The notes beneath the pieces were generated by a model. The model made no database searches. It was not told the DNA's origin and worked only from the letters and a program-made list of their open reading frames with translations. DNA of 63,085 bases, counting the filler, from Bigelowiella natans CCMP2755 (taxonomy: Eukaryota; Protista; Cercozoa), in the NCBI GenBank assembly GCA_000320545.1. It is 6 parts of 6 records of this genome, joined end to end, with 100 filler letters (N's around TTAATTAATTAA, not from the genome) between each part and the next. Parts side by side here need not be neighbours in the genome. Positions count along the whole stretch, not along the records: positions 1 to 28,801 come from ADNK01000161.1; 5 more parts are not named here. One strand, 5' to 3'. Positions 1 to 12,782 of the stretch are shown here, one piece after another. The position numbers were made by a program, and so were the translations under genes. Each line of letters begins with the position of its first letter. Within the stretch, counting starts at the first letter, position 1.

Positions 1-42
1 CCCCCCCCCCTTCTTCCTGCTTGTTTGTGTGCGTGCATGTAG

Positions 43-871
43 GTGGGAAGGCTTCTGGAGAAAGGGTGCATGAACCCCAGCTTTATAACCGACCACCCTG
101 CCGTTCTGTCCCCTCTCGCTAAGCACCATAGGCAACATGCAGGGCTCACAGGTAGGAGGGATGGAGGGTAGGTTGGCAATCTTAGTCGTAGTTGCGCTCG
201 CAGATCAGGACCCAGAGCCCGACTTACAACTTCCCAAACTTGACATTGATAAATCAAAAACTTCAGAGCGGTTTGAGCTGTTCGTCTGTGGCAAAGAAAT
301 TGCGAATGCATACACTGAGCTGAACGATCCAGAAGTGCAAAGGTGGTCAGTGTTACATCATCTGCTCCGCATTTCGCAGATGCGCATACTAGGGAGAGGG
401 GACTATTTCATCTAAGATGATTTATTATTTATAAATAACGATCTATCAGGGAAAGGTTCATGGCCCAAGCAGAGGCAGCAACGCAAGGTGCACATCCCCA
501 GCAAGCTATTCACATGCCGTCACAGGCCCTAATTCTGATTCTTGATCGTGAAAGGTGATGAGGAGGCGCAGATGCTCGACGAGACGTTCTGCACTGCTCT
601 CGAATATGGCCTTCCACCGACTGCGGGATGGGGCTTAGGTACCGAAGCAGTTTTGATAATTGTCAGCATTGGGTGTGTGTGTGTGTGTGTGTGTTTTGTG
701 GAGGAAAATCTGCCAAATTACGCACATCACCGACCCGATTTCTCTCTATCTATACATTGAGGCTGAGACTGTCATATGTTGCCTTTAGGAATCGACCGAT
801 TGGTGATGATGCTCACGAGCCAACATAGCCTTCGTGAAGTTTTATTCTTCCCCGCTATGAGAGCGAGCTAA
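43..871 (+). CDS. KARS: Lysyl-tRNA synthetase (class II), C-terminal part; 5' end lies before the window
   Basis: Exons ~43-151, 267-342, 450-487, 555-638 and 789-871 (GT-AG introns) splice to ...[106 protein letters not shown]. This contains LysRS motif 3 and the [15 protein letters not shown] signatures. Confidence 0.97.
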
Positions 872-2106
872 AGCACTGCTATTTTCCTTGTAGCCAGCCA
901 CAACATGCATGTATCAATGGCATTTTTGAACAAGAATATTGACTATTTGTTTGTGTACTGCTATGCTACGTACTACGCATACGCATGTTGGGGTAGATCA
1001 TACACAATACAACAACTGGTCTGCGGTGCAATACATACATTTACAATTGTCTGGAAGGCTGGTGTAGCGCTGTCGGTTCATTTCGCCGCGTTCGCAGGCT
1101 ACTTGCGCGACTACATATTAAGCTTTCTGCGACCGCGCTCTTCGCTCGATGTGTGCCTGCTACGCAATTGCTTTGTAAGATACCTATACCGATCGCCGAT
1201 CTGCTCCTCTCAACATGCAAGAACAATGTTATCAGTGGACTGCATGCTACGCAGATGCATGCATGGCAGTGTTGAATCGATGACAACGTGCTAACGTGCT
1301 CTCTCCATGGCCCTGTAAGGAGCACATCTAGACATGCTGGAAAGTACACATGTTCATAATTGCACATGCACGAAAATACAGATGTCGTTGCATAATAACA
1401 CATGTGAATTTAAATGTGAATTTAGTCACACATGTCAAAGAGAACACATGTGTTTTTGATCCTGTACGCTCTATAGCCCTGTAAGGCTACACATCTCTTG
1501 CCAGTGTGCGCTTTATTATTTGATATTATTCGCCTGCCATCGTCGATGACGTACATTTGCGTGCATGTGCACGCGCGCGTAGTTGATTGCAACTGCATCT
1601 AGTGCATGCAGTACTTATCATCATGATCTTGCTTATTATTAGTCTCGTCACGCTAGGATTCGTGCTATCGTTCACAATACTACGTCTAGGCATGAACTAA
1701 AATGCAATAGGTTATTGCCCAAATCTGGGGGTGATACAATCACTATACTAGATAAATACGGTTTTTCTGCGGTGCCAAAACATGTTTTTTTCCCCCTTGG
1801 TGGAGCATTTATTTGCAGTGATAATATATTGAACGTGATCAATCACGACCAACATGATGATCTTGATATATTCTGCCCCATTACTATCTTTACACTACGC
1901 GCACACACATCATACGTGCGAAAACGATGGGACGGCGTACACAGGAAGCTGGTAGAATGCTTCTTGTGTTTTCTCACTAATCTTTATTATAATTCCCTTT
2001 CAACCGCTCCCAACTCAATTCTCATGTGAATTTGAGTAAAGGGAGGAGGAAATAGACTATAGTTGCCTGCAGATACAACTAGCTATCATATACTAAAGCT
2101 AATCAT

Positions 2107-3129
2107 TTATATATAGACTGTTTGATAATTGGGATTGAAGCTGCCTCCGACGCCTCCAGTTCCACTGGGAGACATCATATCGGGCGTCTCTATCACCCAC
2201 GCATTTTTATTATTCATCAAAGAGGTGATCTTTTGTTTAATGTTGTCTGAAGGTATAGAACAACACGTCAAAAACGGCATACATATGCAACAAATGCAAA
2301 TTGATATTATATTATATAAATTTATTTATAAAGTGCCCATATGTAATAAAATTGTATGTGGGTGTGTGTGTGTGTGTGTGTGCGTGCGTGCGTTGTGCAT
2401 ACTTTTTAAAAAGAAAGTACTCATTCATCTATTAGACTGATTGTATTAGCAGAAGTATGTCACCAATGAAATAAATAGCAGTTACCTGCATTGAGAGTGT
2501 GAGAGGTTTTTCTTGAACTCTTTTCTTGAGTCTTCACTGCCTGCTGCGAGTTGGCACCAGCAAAGGGTTCTGCTTTTACGATCGGCTCAAAAAAGGTGTT
2601 TCCTGTTTGTTTTCGTATTCTTTCCACTTGCAAGAGGGCAGCTTCTTGTGTGAGCGTTTCCATTCCTGAAGTAATATTTTACATTTAGATCATGCAATTC
2701 GGTATACAAGGGTTTGATAGAAACGAGCATGATTATGTGACCACTGATTATAGAATAAAGTTCAAGGATGCACCAAATACCCACCGGTTGCTTTTTTCCG
2801 TATGCGGTGAAAAATGTCTTTCATCTCCTCATCCATGTCAGTAATGAAAGCATGAGTGTTGTTGATCCGCCTCACAAAGTTCTTCCGGTTTGTGCCGGAA
2901 GATTCACTTGGGGTCCCCATTTGAGCATTCGGCATCTGTTATTTCGTAGAAAATGTAAGATGGATTGGACCAATTTCATGCTACCCTGCACCACAGTGAA
3001 TGTATTAGCATTCTAGGAAAAATTTTCTTATACCGGCCTAATTGCCTTTGCCTGCTGATTTCTTGGCTTCTTAGTCCAGCCGCCAAACACTCCAATAAGT
3101 GCTACGGTCACAAAGAAGATACCGCGCAT
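2107..3129 (-). CDS. Hypothetical protein (~190 aa) with hydrophobic N-terminus (signal peptide-like)
   Basis: Four phase-compatible exons splice to MRGIFFVTVALIGVFGGWTKKPRNQQAKAIRP|MPNAQ...IFHRIRKKAT|GMETLTQEAALLQVERIRK...TLNA|DNIKQKITSLMNNKNAW...NYQTVYI*. No recognisable family. The start could lie further upstream. Confidence 0.6.
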
Positions 3130-4335
3130 GTGCAAATAATACTCAGCCTGTAGGTAAGTTTTACTGGTAAGCTAAGCTCCCAGTCCAAGAATGTGGCAGT
3201 ATTATGTCCTCTGACGGTATCCTTCAAGAGAGATATAAATAGTTGTCTCCTCTAACACTTCCAAATTCACGGAATTAGAGACGATTCATCTCCTGCGAGC
3301 CATCCCCTACCGAACCGGTAAACGAGGACGAGTTGCTGCAGGGATGAGGAGGTGCGTTTGATCACTTTCGTCTTTCTAAGTTACTCGAATACGCGTTGAA
3401 GGTTCACTTTTGACAAAAATCACCTTTGATTTATATAGTATTTAATATATTTGAGTGTCGTACATATCATAAAGAAAGACATTTCAACAACCGTTTTCAC
3501 TGAGGAGGCTCTTGAACTACACACATGGGAGAGTTGCAAGAGAGGATGCATCGCAGGCTACGACAACTAGTTGGAGGCTTTTTAAAGAAAAATTGACAGA
3601 GATGGTGAGTGAAGACTCTAGAAGGGGAAATTTAAAACTTTCCCTAAAACATTAAAGCTGATTTTCCCATGAATAAAAACTAAAGTAGATCAATAACAAT
3701 ATTTTGGCCTTTTGAGTACTACTCATATTCATAGATTGCATCTACCAAATTTCACTGTTAGGATTTATTTTCAGACTTCTAGATCCACAAAGATATTCAC
3801 GGTATTTTTTTAAATAAGCTTCCAATATTGACAAGCGTCCACATGAATCTGTAAGTTTAATCGCAAATAGAGACATATAGGAACCTAATATGGAGAACGA
3901 AAACTTAAATATCACTATTCCTGCACTGAGACATACTCTTTCCGGTAATGTCGGGATACCAAGTGCATCACATATGACAAATTTTCCAAAATTAATCGAA
4001 ATTCCCGGAGATTATTCTAATGCCCGGATTCAATTCAAATTTCACATCATGTCGACATCTTCTTTCTGGTATTTATTCCTAAATAAAGATTGTCCGAGCT
4101 TGGGGATCTTCAACCGATTTTTGTCTTCAATGAAAATGACATGTCCATGAACTTCGCTGTTCTTGTTGTAAGTTCGAAATTCCTTTTTGTTCTCTCAAAT
4201 TCAAAATTGGTTTGTATTTGTCGGCATTTCCCTATTGCGACTGGCTACTTCAGTGCGGCGTGCACGCTCGACTGTTGGAGCTCGTAGGACGACTGCACAA
4301 GGGGCCAAAGAACTCTCTCGCGAAAGTGATTTGAA

Positions 4336-6023
4336 ATGGAGGAGGCCAGCCCCGTCCGTGCCAGGTATATCAAATTCCAAGGTTCTAGGTGATGTTGAAT
4401 TTTGTTAACAATTCTCTCCGCACTCGCTGTTTTTCTTCCCGTCCCTTTTCAGGCTAGCGATTATCCTGGTAAGTCTCGCTGTGTTGTCTCTGCTTAGAAC
4501 AGCAGAGAATTACCCCGGACATCAGGGAGGGAAACGAAATCTTCTCCTGTCACCTCTGAAAGAAAGAAGTGTTTCTCGAACCAGCACGTATCCCAGGGAC
4601 CTGACGGCGGCGCGCCTGACTCGCACGCGAGGCCTTCGCAATGTGGGAGAGGTCACTTTATGGGGTGGTGGAGGAGCTGGCTCGAAGCCAGAGAATGCAA
4701 GTAGGGGCGATGATCGGCTGAACACATCTGATTCCAACAACCTTCCGCCTCCTCTCTGCGTCCTGAAAGTCGTTCAAGGCTCCTTGATTGCACACCAAGT
4801 CCTCGTTGCACGTGGAATTTTTGGCCTTGAAGATGCCGTACACGTAACATACACGAAGTCGTCATTCTCACGAGACTTTGAAAGAGGAGATGGCAGTGGC
4901 GCTATAGTCCTCTCCCACGCCACAAACGGCTCGGTGATCACGAAGAATGCGATGGAAGCCATTGCGTATATGCAAAAGAACCTCTCACATGCGGCTTACG
5001 TCAATGTTGATCTCTATCATGAAAACGACGAGGCCATGAAGCAACGATGCGAGAAGCTGGGGGCATGGTGAGTGCTGAAAGTGGGGGAACATTCGAGGAG
5101 TGGGGAGCGGGAGGATTGTAAATTGATACTCTTGTGTTTGGTGTATCTATTGCTTGAAGGTTGGAAAGCGATTTCAGCGAGGCGATGATAAATTGTGCGC
5201 GTGCGCGCGTGAGGAGGCACCCGAGCACCTACAAGCAATTCCTAGACTCTGTTTTCGGTGCGCTAGAACGCATCGAGCATCTCCTCACCTACCAGGTAAT
5301 ATGAGACTCAATCTGATTATCGTTGGTCGCTCCTCTTTCAGGTCATGAAGTTATTCTTGTTTATAGCCATGGATATCAGGGAGAAATGTGACACTCGCGG
5401 ACGTCCAGCTGTTTCCTATGCTCGTGCGCCTGGACCACATCTTTCACGCTCTCGGCGTCAACCGGAATTATGCGATGCACGTGCGACCCATCTGGCAAAA
5501 TGACATGCTCAATGCGTGACACTTCTCTCCTCTTCCGCTGTTTCTTTGTCCTAATTATCGATAACATAAAGACTCAGAAGAAACTGTGTTGCTGTAATGC
5601 TCATTCTTCACTCGTCGTGTTGTAATTATGCTGATGCACATAACGCCCCCCTCCCCCCTCCCTTCCCGAACCTTGCTTACATAGATGCCTTCAACCAACT
5701 CGTACATGCGCACGATCTACCAAATTCAAGGTGTAGCAGAGGCGATGCCGATGCAGCAGGTATGAGTGGGAAATAAGACGTAGAAAAGAATAGGAAGATG
5801 GCGTGGGAGGAGAACGAGAGGGGAATGAAACAATCAACAGAGAGTGCGCATTTATTATATCCCAAATGAACAATGATAGTCATCATCATCATTGTTGTAA
5901 TTGTCTCCAGATTCGTGACTACTATTTCAACTCTCAAATGCTAAATCCTGGAGGATTTCATTCGCAAGGTGTGTTGTTGCTTCTGCACTCTCACAAAGAA
6001 GATTATGCATAGTAGTAGCGATG

Positions 6024-6060
<37 letters not shown>

Positions 6061-7077
6061 TGGTGCATAGTATGGTTCACGGACACCAATTATAAGAGAT
6101 TTGATGATTGTTCTGCCATAAAAAGGACCTGAATTTGACTTGGACACAGCCATGCCTCGTCGCGACGATATTGGTGATATAACTGTGCATTAAAACAACC
6201 CCCCCCCCCCCCCTTCCCCCCACCACCACCACCACCACCACCACCACCACAAACACACACACATTGTTGCATCAGACCAACGAATTAACTGTTTCACCTT
6301 CCCCCTCCCCCTCTCTTCCCCTGTCCCTGCCTGAATGTACGCAGGGATAGCGGGTTTCTATAAGAAGGTATATCCCGTAGCTGAAGAGCCCGGGCTGTCG
6401 CTCCAAGTGCAGCAGGTAAAGAGAGAACGTCAGTTCTTAGCATCGTCGTATCATCGATGTGGTGGTGTGGTGGCGGGGGGGGGCAACGCCATATGCTACT
6501 ATTTTTGGTCTGTAAATGCCTCAATCGAAACTAAGATAACATCTATTTGGGGTGGGGGATGGATGTTGGGGGCGAAATTTTGCAGGTGAGTGCTTGTGGC
6601 GACTGTCTATTCCAGTCAATTGCTATCGGGTAGCAGTTGTAGAAATAGTAGTAGTTGTCGAAGTACTTGTAGTTGTAGATAGCACGCAACAACAACACAT
6701 ATTCATATGTACGCATGCTGCAACCACGCAATCCAATGCTAACGATGCTCGATCGGCGCTATGAGAAGTGCCATCAGATGCCACATCGCACATTCATTCG
6801 TCAATGGAGTAGGAAGAGGGGGAGGAGGAGGGGGTCAGAACATTAAATGCATTGAATCTAAGAGATGATTTGTGCAACAGGTTGGCGTTTGCTCGTGATC
6901 TCCGCCATTTGGGCATGTACGACTCGTCGCTGAAGGGCCAGTCGTTGAGGCTCAGGAAGCTTGCGGTGAGGGATGGACGCATGTATGGATGATAAATGGA
7001 ACGCTGGCGGAGAGTATAAAATCCGATGTCATGAGCTTAGCTCCTACCTTTTTCGACACGATGTGTAAGCATGTCTT

Positions 7078-7115
<38 letters not shown>

Positions 7116-7565
7116 TCACTCACACATATACACGCACGGACCCCTACCCCCTCCCTGTCGCTTGCGATACGGCGTTCATCTTCACTGTAACGTAGCTGGC
7201 CCTGTATAATCACTCCCCATCCATCGTGCTTAGGTCAAGACTCTACGGGTGGACACCGATTTGTTCCTTACGGTATTACTATAATAGATGCACTGCATGC
7301 TCGATTACGTTCTGTTGTAGCTGCGGTCGCTCCTAGTACTTACTACTGCTGCTGCAACGAGGTCGTCCACGCGGACCGTTGATTGGTATATTGGATGTGA
7401 TTAATGCTCAGGACGAAGAGTACATTAGCACACGGGACATGGTGGAGTGCGCGGCGGAGCAGTTTAACTGCACCGGAGATGGGGTTAGATTGTGGCGCGC
7501 ACGCGCGCACGCACAGATGATGCGCCCGTTGTTGTAGTATGGGGATGGTGTTGAACGGTTCGTGC

Positions 7566-7597
<32 letters not shown>

Positions 7598-7740
7598 TGT
7601 TATACTTTCTGCCTTTTTACATGTGTATGATATTATTGATGATTTATATATATTTTACAATATAACATCAGTATCTTACCGATATGCTTCGACACACGAC
7701 TTGGGGAGGCGGTAAGTGCTACAAATTTTATAATATGTAG

Positions 7741-7772
<32 letters not shown>

Positions 7773-9185
7773 TATAAAGCACATTCGGAAGAAATGAGGA
7801 CACCATTAAAGTAAGAAACTTGTTGCTTCCTCCTCCTTCTCCTCCTCCTCCTCCCTCAGGACCAGAAATAGTAGCATTGGCCAATGCGCTGCGTCGTCCG
7901 ATCCACGTCTACGAGCCTGTGTGTTCACAAGACAACAAGTAAGAGTTAAACACACACATATATACGCAAACACACACGCAAACACACCACATACGCGCAA
8001 ACACACGACGCCCTCATGCACACTTCTACCTCACGCTGCTCTACTGCTCGCAGGACATTGTCTTTCGAATCATGCGGGAAGTTCGGGTGAGCCTTCTCTC
8101 ATCATTCTAATCTTTCCTAGCTAGCAGTCGTGCATGGATGGATTCTGCGAGCATAGCAGATACACCCAACGCATAGAATAGCCGTACAGTCGTGAATTGA
8201 TATGGGTGGGGAGCGGACTTTTTTTACGTTTGCAGCATCTGGGAAGTCACTAATTATTGACTCTCTCCCTCCCTCCCTCCCTCCCTCCATTTCCTAAGGT
8301 CTCCGATGTTCGATGATAAGCGGTGACTTACTACCTCTTGATTTTTTAGCATACGCACACGCACACGCACACGCACACGCACACGCACACGCACGCGCGC
8401 GCACACACAATGCAAGTGTGAATAAATCAATATAAACATGCATCTAGCATACATATTATAAACGTGTAACGATGATAGAGACTAGGCTAACGATGAAACT
8501 GAGGATATCGATCGATCGTGTAAAATAATCTTAGGGCCATCTACATTCTTGCTGCAGATGATCGCTTCCCAGAATGTAGTAGTGTGAATCAATTACATCA
8601 GAGAGAGAGGGAGAGGGAGAGGGAGAGGGAGAGGGAGAGGGGGGGGGGGGTGCGAATCGAAATGGCGGTTTTGGTGACGGGTGGAGATGCTTGGACATCT
8701 CTTCCTGAAGTATGGTGGAGAATATAACAGCTCACTTTCATTTTACCTCTTTGCAAAATTGCTTTTTATTTTTATTTTCATCGATGTCGTCACCGCAGCT
8801 GCCATGTAAGGCTGCTGCTGCTCGTTGATTGTTCGTCCAGTTGTCCTCATTTCTTTCTTTGTTTCCTGGAATCCTCTCTATCCCTTCTCTCCCCTCATCG
8901 GTAGGCAAGCCCAACGAAGTGCGCCGTCACGGCAGCGGCGGCAATCATTTCCTCGCTCTCATCCCGAATTGGTCAAACATGACGGATACGAACGTGTATG
9001 CGACCAACGATGATGACTACAGTGGCAGGAGAAGAAGAAGCAAGCTACATTATTTTAGTGCTGGGGGAATCCATCCCCCCACCACTTCCAGCAGCAGCAG
9101 CAGCAGCAGCAACAGTGCTTCTCATTCATCATCAGCTGCTGCAGCAACTCGACACCGCACGAGACACAACGATGACATAGCGTAG
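4336..9185 (+). CDS. Fusion of a degenerate glutathionyl-hydroquinone reductase (GST Xi/YqjG/ECM4-like) domain and an OTU deubiquitinase domain, with signal peptide + transit-peptide-like leader
   Basis: About 17 phase-compatible exons. GST part: GSLIAHQVLVARGIFGLEDAVHV (cf. ACPWAHR..KGLED), FGALERIEHLL, GRNVTLADVQLFPMLVRLD, YMRTIYQIQGVAE, IRDYYFNSQMLNPGG. OTU part: VSACGDCLFQSIA (Cys codon 6604-6606), WGGGPEIVALANALRRPIHVY, IYILAADDRFP, GGNHFLALIP (His codon 8946-8948). Stop at 9183-9185. Confidence 0.8.
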
Positions 9186-9326
9186 CCGACGAATTACCAC
9201 GAGCAGCTCTAGTGCGGGGACAAAAGTGCGGCTCACATTGCACAGCAGCCGCGGAAACCCACAACACGATGCTGATGCGCTTCATTCATTTTCACAAATT
9301 CCTATCAATTTTTGGCATTTGCATTA

Positions 9327-9343
9327 GATGCATGTGAGCACAT

Positions 9344-9381
<38 letters not shown>

Positions 9382-10030
9382 CATTCAACATGGCATGTGC
9401 ACGATGTTCACTTCTTTCCACACAGACATTGTCACAAATTGTGGCACGTGTGACTCGAATCTGATGAGCTAGTGAGTGGTGATGGCTTTGCATTTTCGTG
9501 CTTGATTTGGTCACACATTCGCATCATTTGTTGAGTCCATCCGCGTGCATGAATGCAACCACGCACGTCATGCACTGCTCCATCATCATCATTGAACCGG
9601 TGCGGTCTGTCACTGTGATTGAGCAGGCACGACATGTCAGCATGCTGCAGTCCAGCAGTGGCGGTGGGTCTGTGCCAGTCCAGCATCGTGGACCACGATC
9701 GATGCCAGCTGACCATTGCGATGCATGCGATGCGATCAGAATGTCAACCACAAGTGCACAGCATGCAATGCACAATTTGGACAATGAAGTGGACTTGTCA
9801 GAGCCAAAAGTCAAGATGGAGGTCGAGCATGATGCAGTCTGTGAGCGTTTGCGACAAATGACGGCTGCCCATTCAAGTTTCCTGAGCGTTGGCGCCAGCT
9901 GATGGAAGTTCACAACGCAGCGTTCAGCGAACCGTGCGAAGTGAAGAATGAGTGCAAAGCAGTTCCAATGCTTGAATCGAAAGGAGGATCTCCCCAATCA
10001 ACAAAGAGCAGCCAAAGAAATTGCGAGGGG
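9327..10030. pseudogene. TpA-depleted decayed sequence island (degenerate coding or transposon relic)
   Basis: One TA (in CTAG at 9470) in 704 bp by hand count. Overlapping long ORFs on both strands lack Tyr and are His/Cys-rich, e.g. VEHDAVCERL and EVHNAAFSEPCEVKNECK. Confidence 0.55.
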
Positions 10031-10263
10031 TACACACACACATGCAAACACACACACACACCACGGTGCACAGTGGGATTGGTGATGTTTAGGTGAAATC
10101 GTGTGGAGTCACGGGAGTACCGTACCAGCGTACCAGGAATGCGATCCTTTTTTCCGGGGAAAAAGTTGGTGCGGCCTTGTCGTACACGGAAAACATCATG
10201 ACTTTTTTTGTGAGTTTTTCCGAGCCAAGGCCACCCCAGTAACGAGAAACTTGCTCGGGAGAA

Positions 10264-12782
10264 ATGATGGTGGTGATGGCACCGCATCTGCTACTTGTGG
10301 CCATCATGGCAGTCACTAGTTCTGCTGCGAGGAGAGATAGCGATAAGAAGGTGGTCATTGTTGTTGGAACTGTTTGACGATTCCACAAGCTGTCATGTAA
10401 ACTCCCATCCCATCAAATCCGGAGACTAATCGTCTTAACTCATTCTCCCTTTCATCTTTGAGCAGCAGCCTGAAGGCCGGATTAAACACGTGATCGTCCT
10501 CATGGAAGAAAATCGTTCCTTTGATCATTTTTTTGGGTATGCTCGCGATGAGATGGGAGTGAACGGTGTCACCGGGAACGAATACAATTTTCTCGACACT
10601 GAGAATCCTAGCCTCGGGAAAGTGTACATAAAAAATCATACGGAGTACATCAATCCATGCGACCCTGATCATGGCACTAAGGCCACCACGAGCAAGATCT
10701 ATGGTAGCGACATGCCCGTCGTCCATCTCATTTGCTTTGCTTCGGGAATGCTCACACCAATACTGATCTTTTTTTCTTCCAGGGGCAGCAGCTGTGTCGA
10801 AGGGAGATCTCTCTAACGCAACGATGAACGGATTCATCGAGTGGGAACTGAACAATCGGCACCATAACGCTTCATTGGATTATTGTGGCGTGATGTCGAT
10901 GTTCACGGGTGATAAAATACCCGTGATCACCACCCTCGCCAAGGAATTCGCCATCATGGATCGATTCTTTTGTGACCACCCAGGCCCCACGTGGCCAAAT
11001 CGCATGTTTGCACTATCGGGAACGAGTGCAGGGTCCCTCGAGACTGGGGTGTGGTACCACGATCAAGTTGGCAAGTTATTTCCTCAGAAGACAATCTTCG
11101 ACCAAGTAGCTGAAGCAGGTTTACAGTGGAGGTAGTAGTAATAGTTGTTGTAATACGTTTGTTTGTGCTGCTGCTGTTGCTGTTGTAGCAATTTTTAGGA
11201 AGTGGTGGTAGGAGTAGTAGCATCCAGCAGCTATATATATATTTGAGAGTGTTAGGATTGTTATCACATACATGACGTGGTGGGCATTGTTACAACAATA
11301 CAGGGTGTATTACAACGACACTCCCTGGGAAGCATTTATGGAAACTATTGCACACAATCCCGAGAATATACAATCAATGCAGTCCTTCTATGAGGATGCA
11401 AGCCGGGGTACCCTTCCTTCATACGCATGGATAAATCCCAGATCCGGCATCAACGTGACAACCGGGGTGGGGTCGAACGACCAGCACCCGGATCACGATG
11501 TAGCTGCCGGCGAGAGATTTTACAAAGATATCTACGAAGCTTTGAGAGCGTCACCCCAGTGGAATGAGACTTTATTCATCATCACATACGATGAGCATGG
11601 AGGATTTTACGACCATGTACCGCCTCCAGCAGCGAATATACCTGCTCCTGATGACGAGAAGTCGTATCCTACTTCTGAACCTTCATTCGATTTCACCCGA
11701 TTGGGAGTTCGCGTCCCAACGATTCTTATATCTCCCTGGATCAAGAAAGGAACGGTAGAGGCGTATTTGCTTTGATGTTTGATTATCCCTAAAGTTTTTC
11801 TTCCTTCAGGTGGTCTCATCGCCTCCACCATCGCAGCGTCCCTTTGGAAGTTCTGAATACACGCTGTCTTCGATCATTTCCACTGCACGAAAGCTTTTGA
11901 AGCTGGATCTACCGCCTCTCACGAGACGAGATGCATGGGCCGCCACCTTTGAGCATGTTATTGATACAGAAGGACAGGCATCTCCCCGTGAAGATTGTCC
12001 ATTGCACCTTCCCAAGGCACCTCCAGTTACTCTACCTCTGGAACAAGAAGCAAAGAGCCCTCTGAACGACCTTCAGCGCCAGATTGTGGAAGTTCATGCG
12101 CACTTGGCGGGGAGGAAGATGCAAGAGTTAAACATATCAACACAGGGTACTAATGAATTTATTTTGAATGTGTATTAGAACATATTATAGATATGCCTTC
12201 TAGCTTACAGATTCTCCATATTGTCGCCGATCAGGCGAAGTGTCCGAGTGGCTGCGAACGCACTATTCATTCCACGAACAAGCAACCCTATCTTGGAGAA
12301 ATTCGAAACAAAACCGTTCCCTCGATTTGGTGGTGCGACCAGGAACGGATGGATGGTCTGATAGTGGCTGGGATATGGTGGCAAGTGAAATATGGAAAGA
12401 TTGCAGTCAGGTTTCAACGAGGAGTTTGAAAAACGAAGCTGGCATTCCCTACTGCCTAGATGCAGGCGATGCCCGTGCAGGTTCGCAAGTCTTCGTATCT
12501 TCTTGCTATCCTCGAGATCGCGCACAGTTGTGGCTAGTTCAGAGCCGTGAACATGGCAACGATGGCACGCTCCGGCCTGTAGCAAATGATTCTCTGTGTT
12601 TGACCACAAGATACTGGACTGCTGGTGGGGATGAAAAGTTATATCTTGAACGGTGCAAGGACGATGTTGAACAGAAATGGGCATGGCATGGTCCAGCTCC
12701 GGGATCTGGCGAAGGATCTGGAAACTTGCTATTCGGAGATGATGCAAATCGGTTAGGGGTTGTCGCTAATCCAACCATATAA
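10264..12782 (+). CDS. Secreted non-specific phospholipase C / phosphoesterase with C-terminal ricin-B (QxW) lectin domain
   Basis: Six exons. Signal peptide MMVVMAPHLLLVAIMAVTSSA. Phosphoesterase motifs IKHVIVLMEENRSFDHFFG, DPDH, PGPTWPNR, NDQHPDHDV, TYDEHGGFYDHVPPP, RLGVRVPTILISPWI. Tail CLDAG...SSC...AQLW...CLT...ERC...EQKW is ricin-B-like. Confidence 0.93.

Noticed and set aside
3200-3860. Possible small plus-strand exons between the two divergent genes
   Set aside because: Some GT/AG-bounded open stretches exist, but I could not assemble a consistent reading frame or recognise a product.
8353-8408. (ACACGC)n alternating purine-pyrimidine tract with Z-DNA potential
   Set aside because: One of many intronic microsatellites in this genome; nothing specific.
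9432-9997. Long overlapping ORFs on both strands (also 16466-16877, 30296-31169, 51659-52113) as real genes
   Set aside because: They arise because TAA/TAG stops are absent in TA-depleted DNA; they nearly lack Tyr and show no family motifs.
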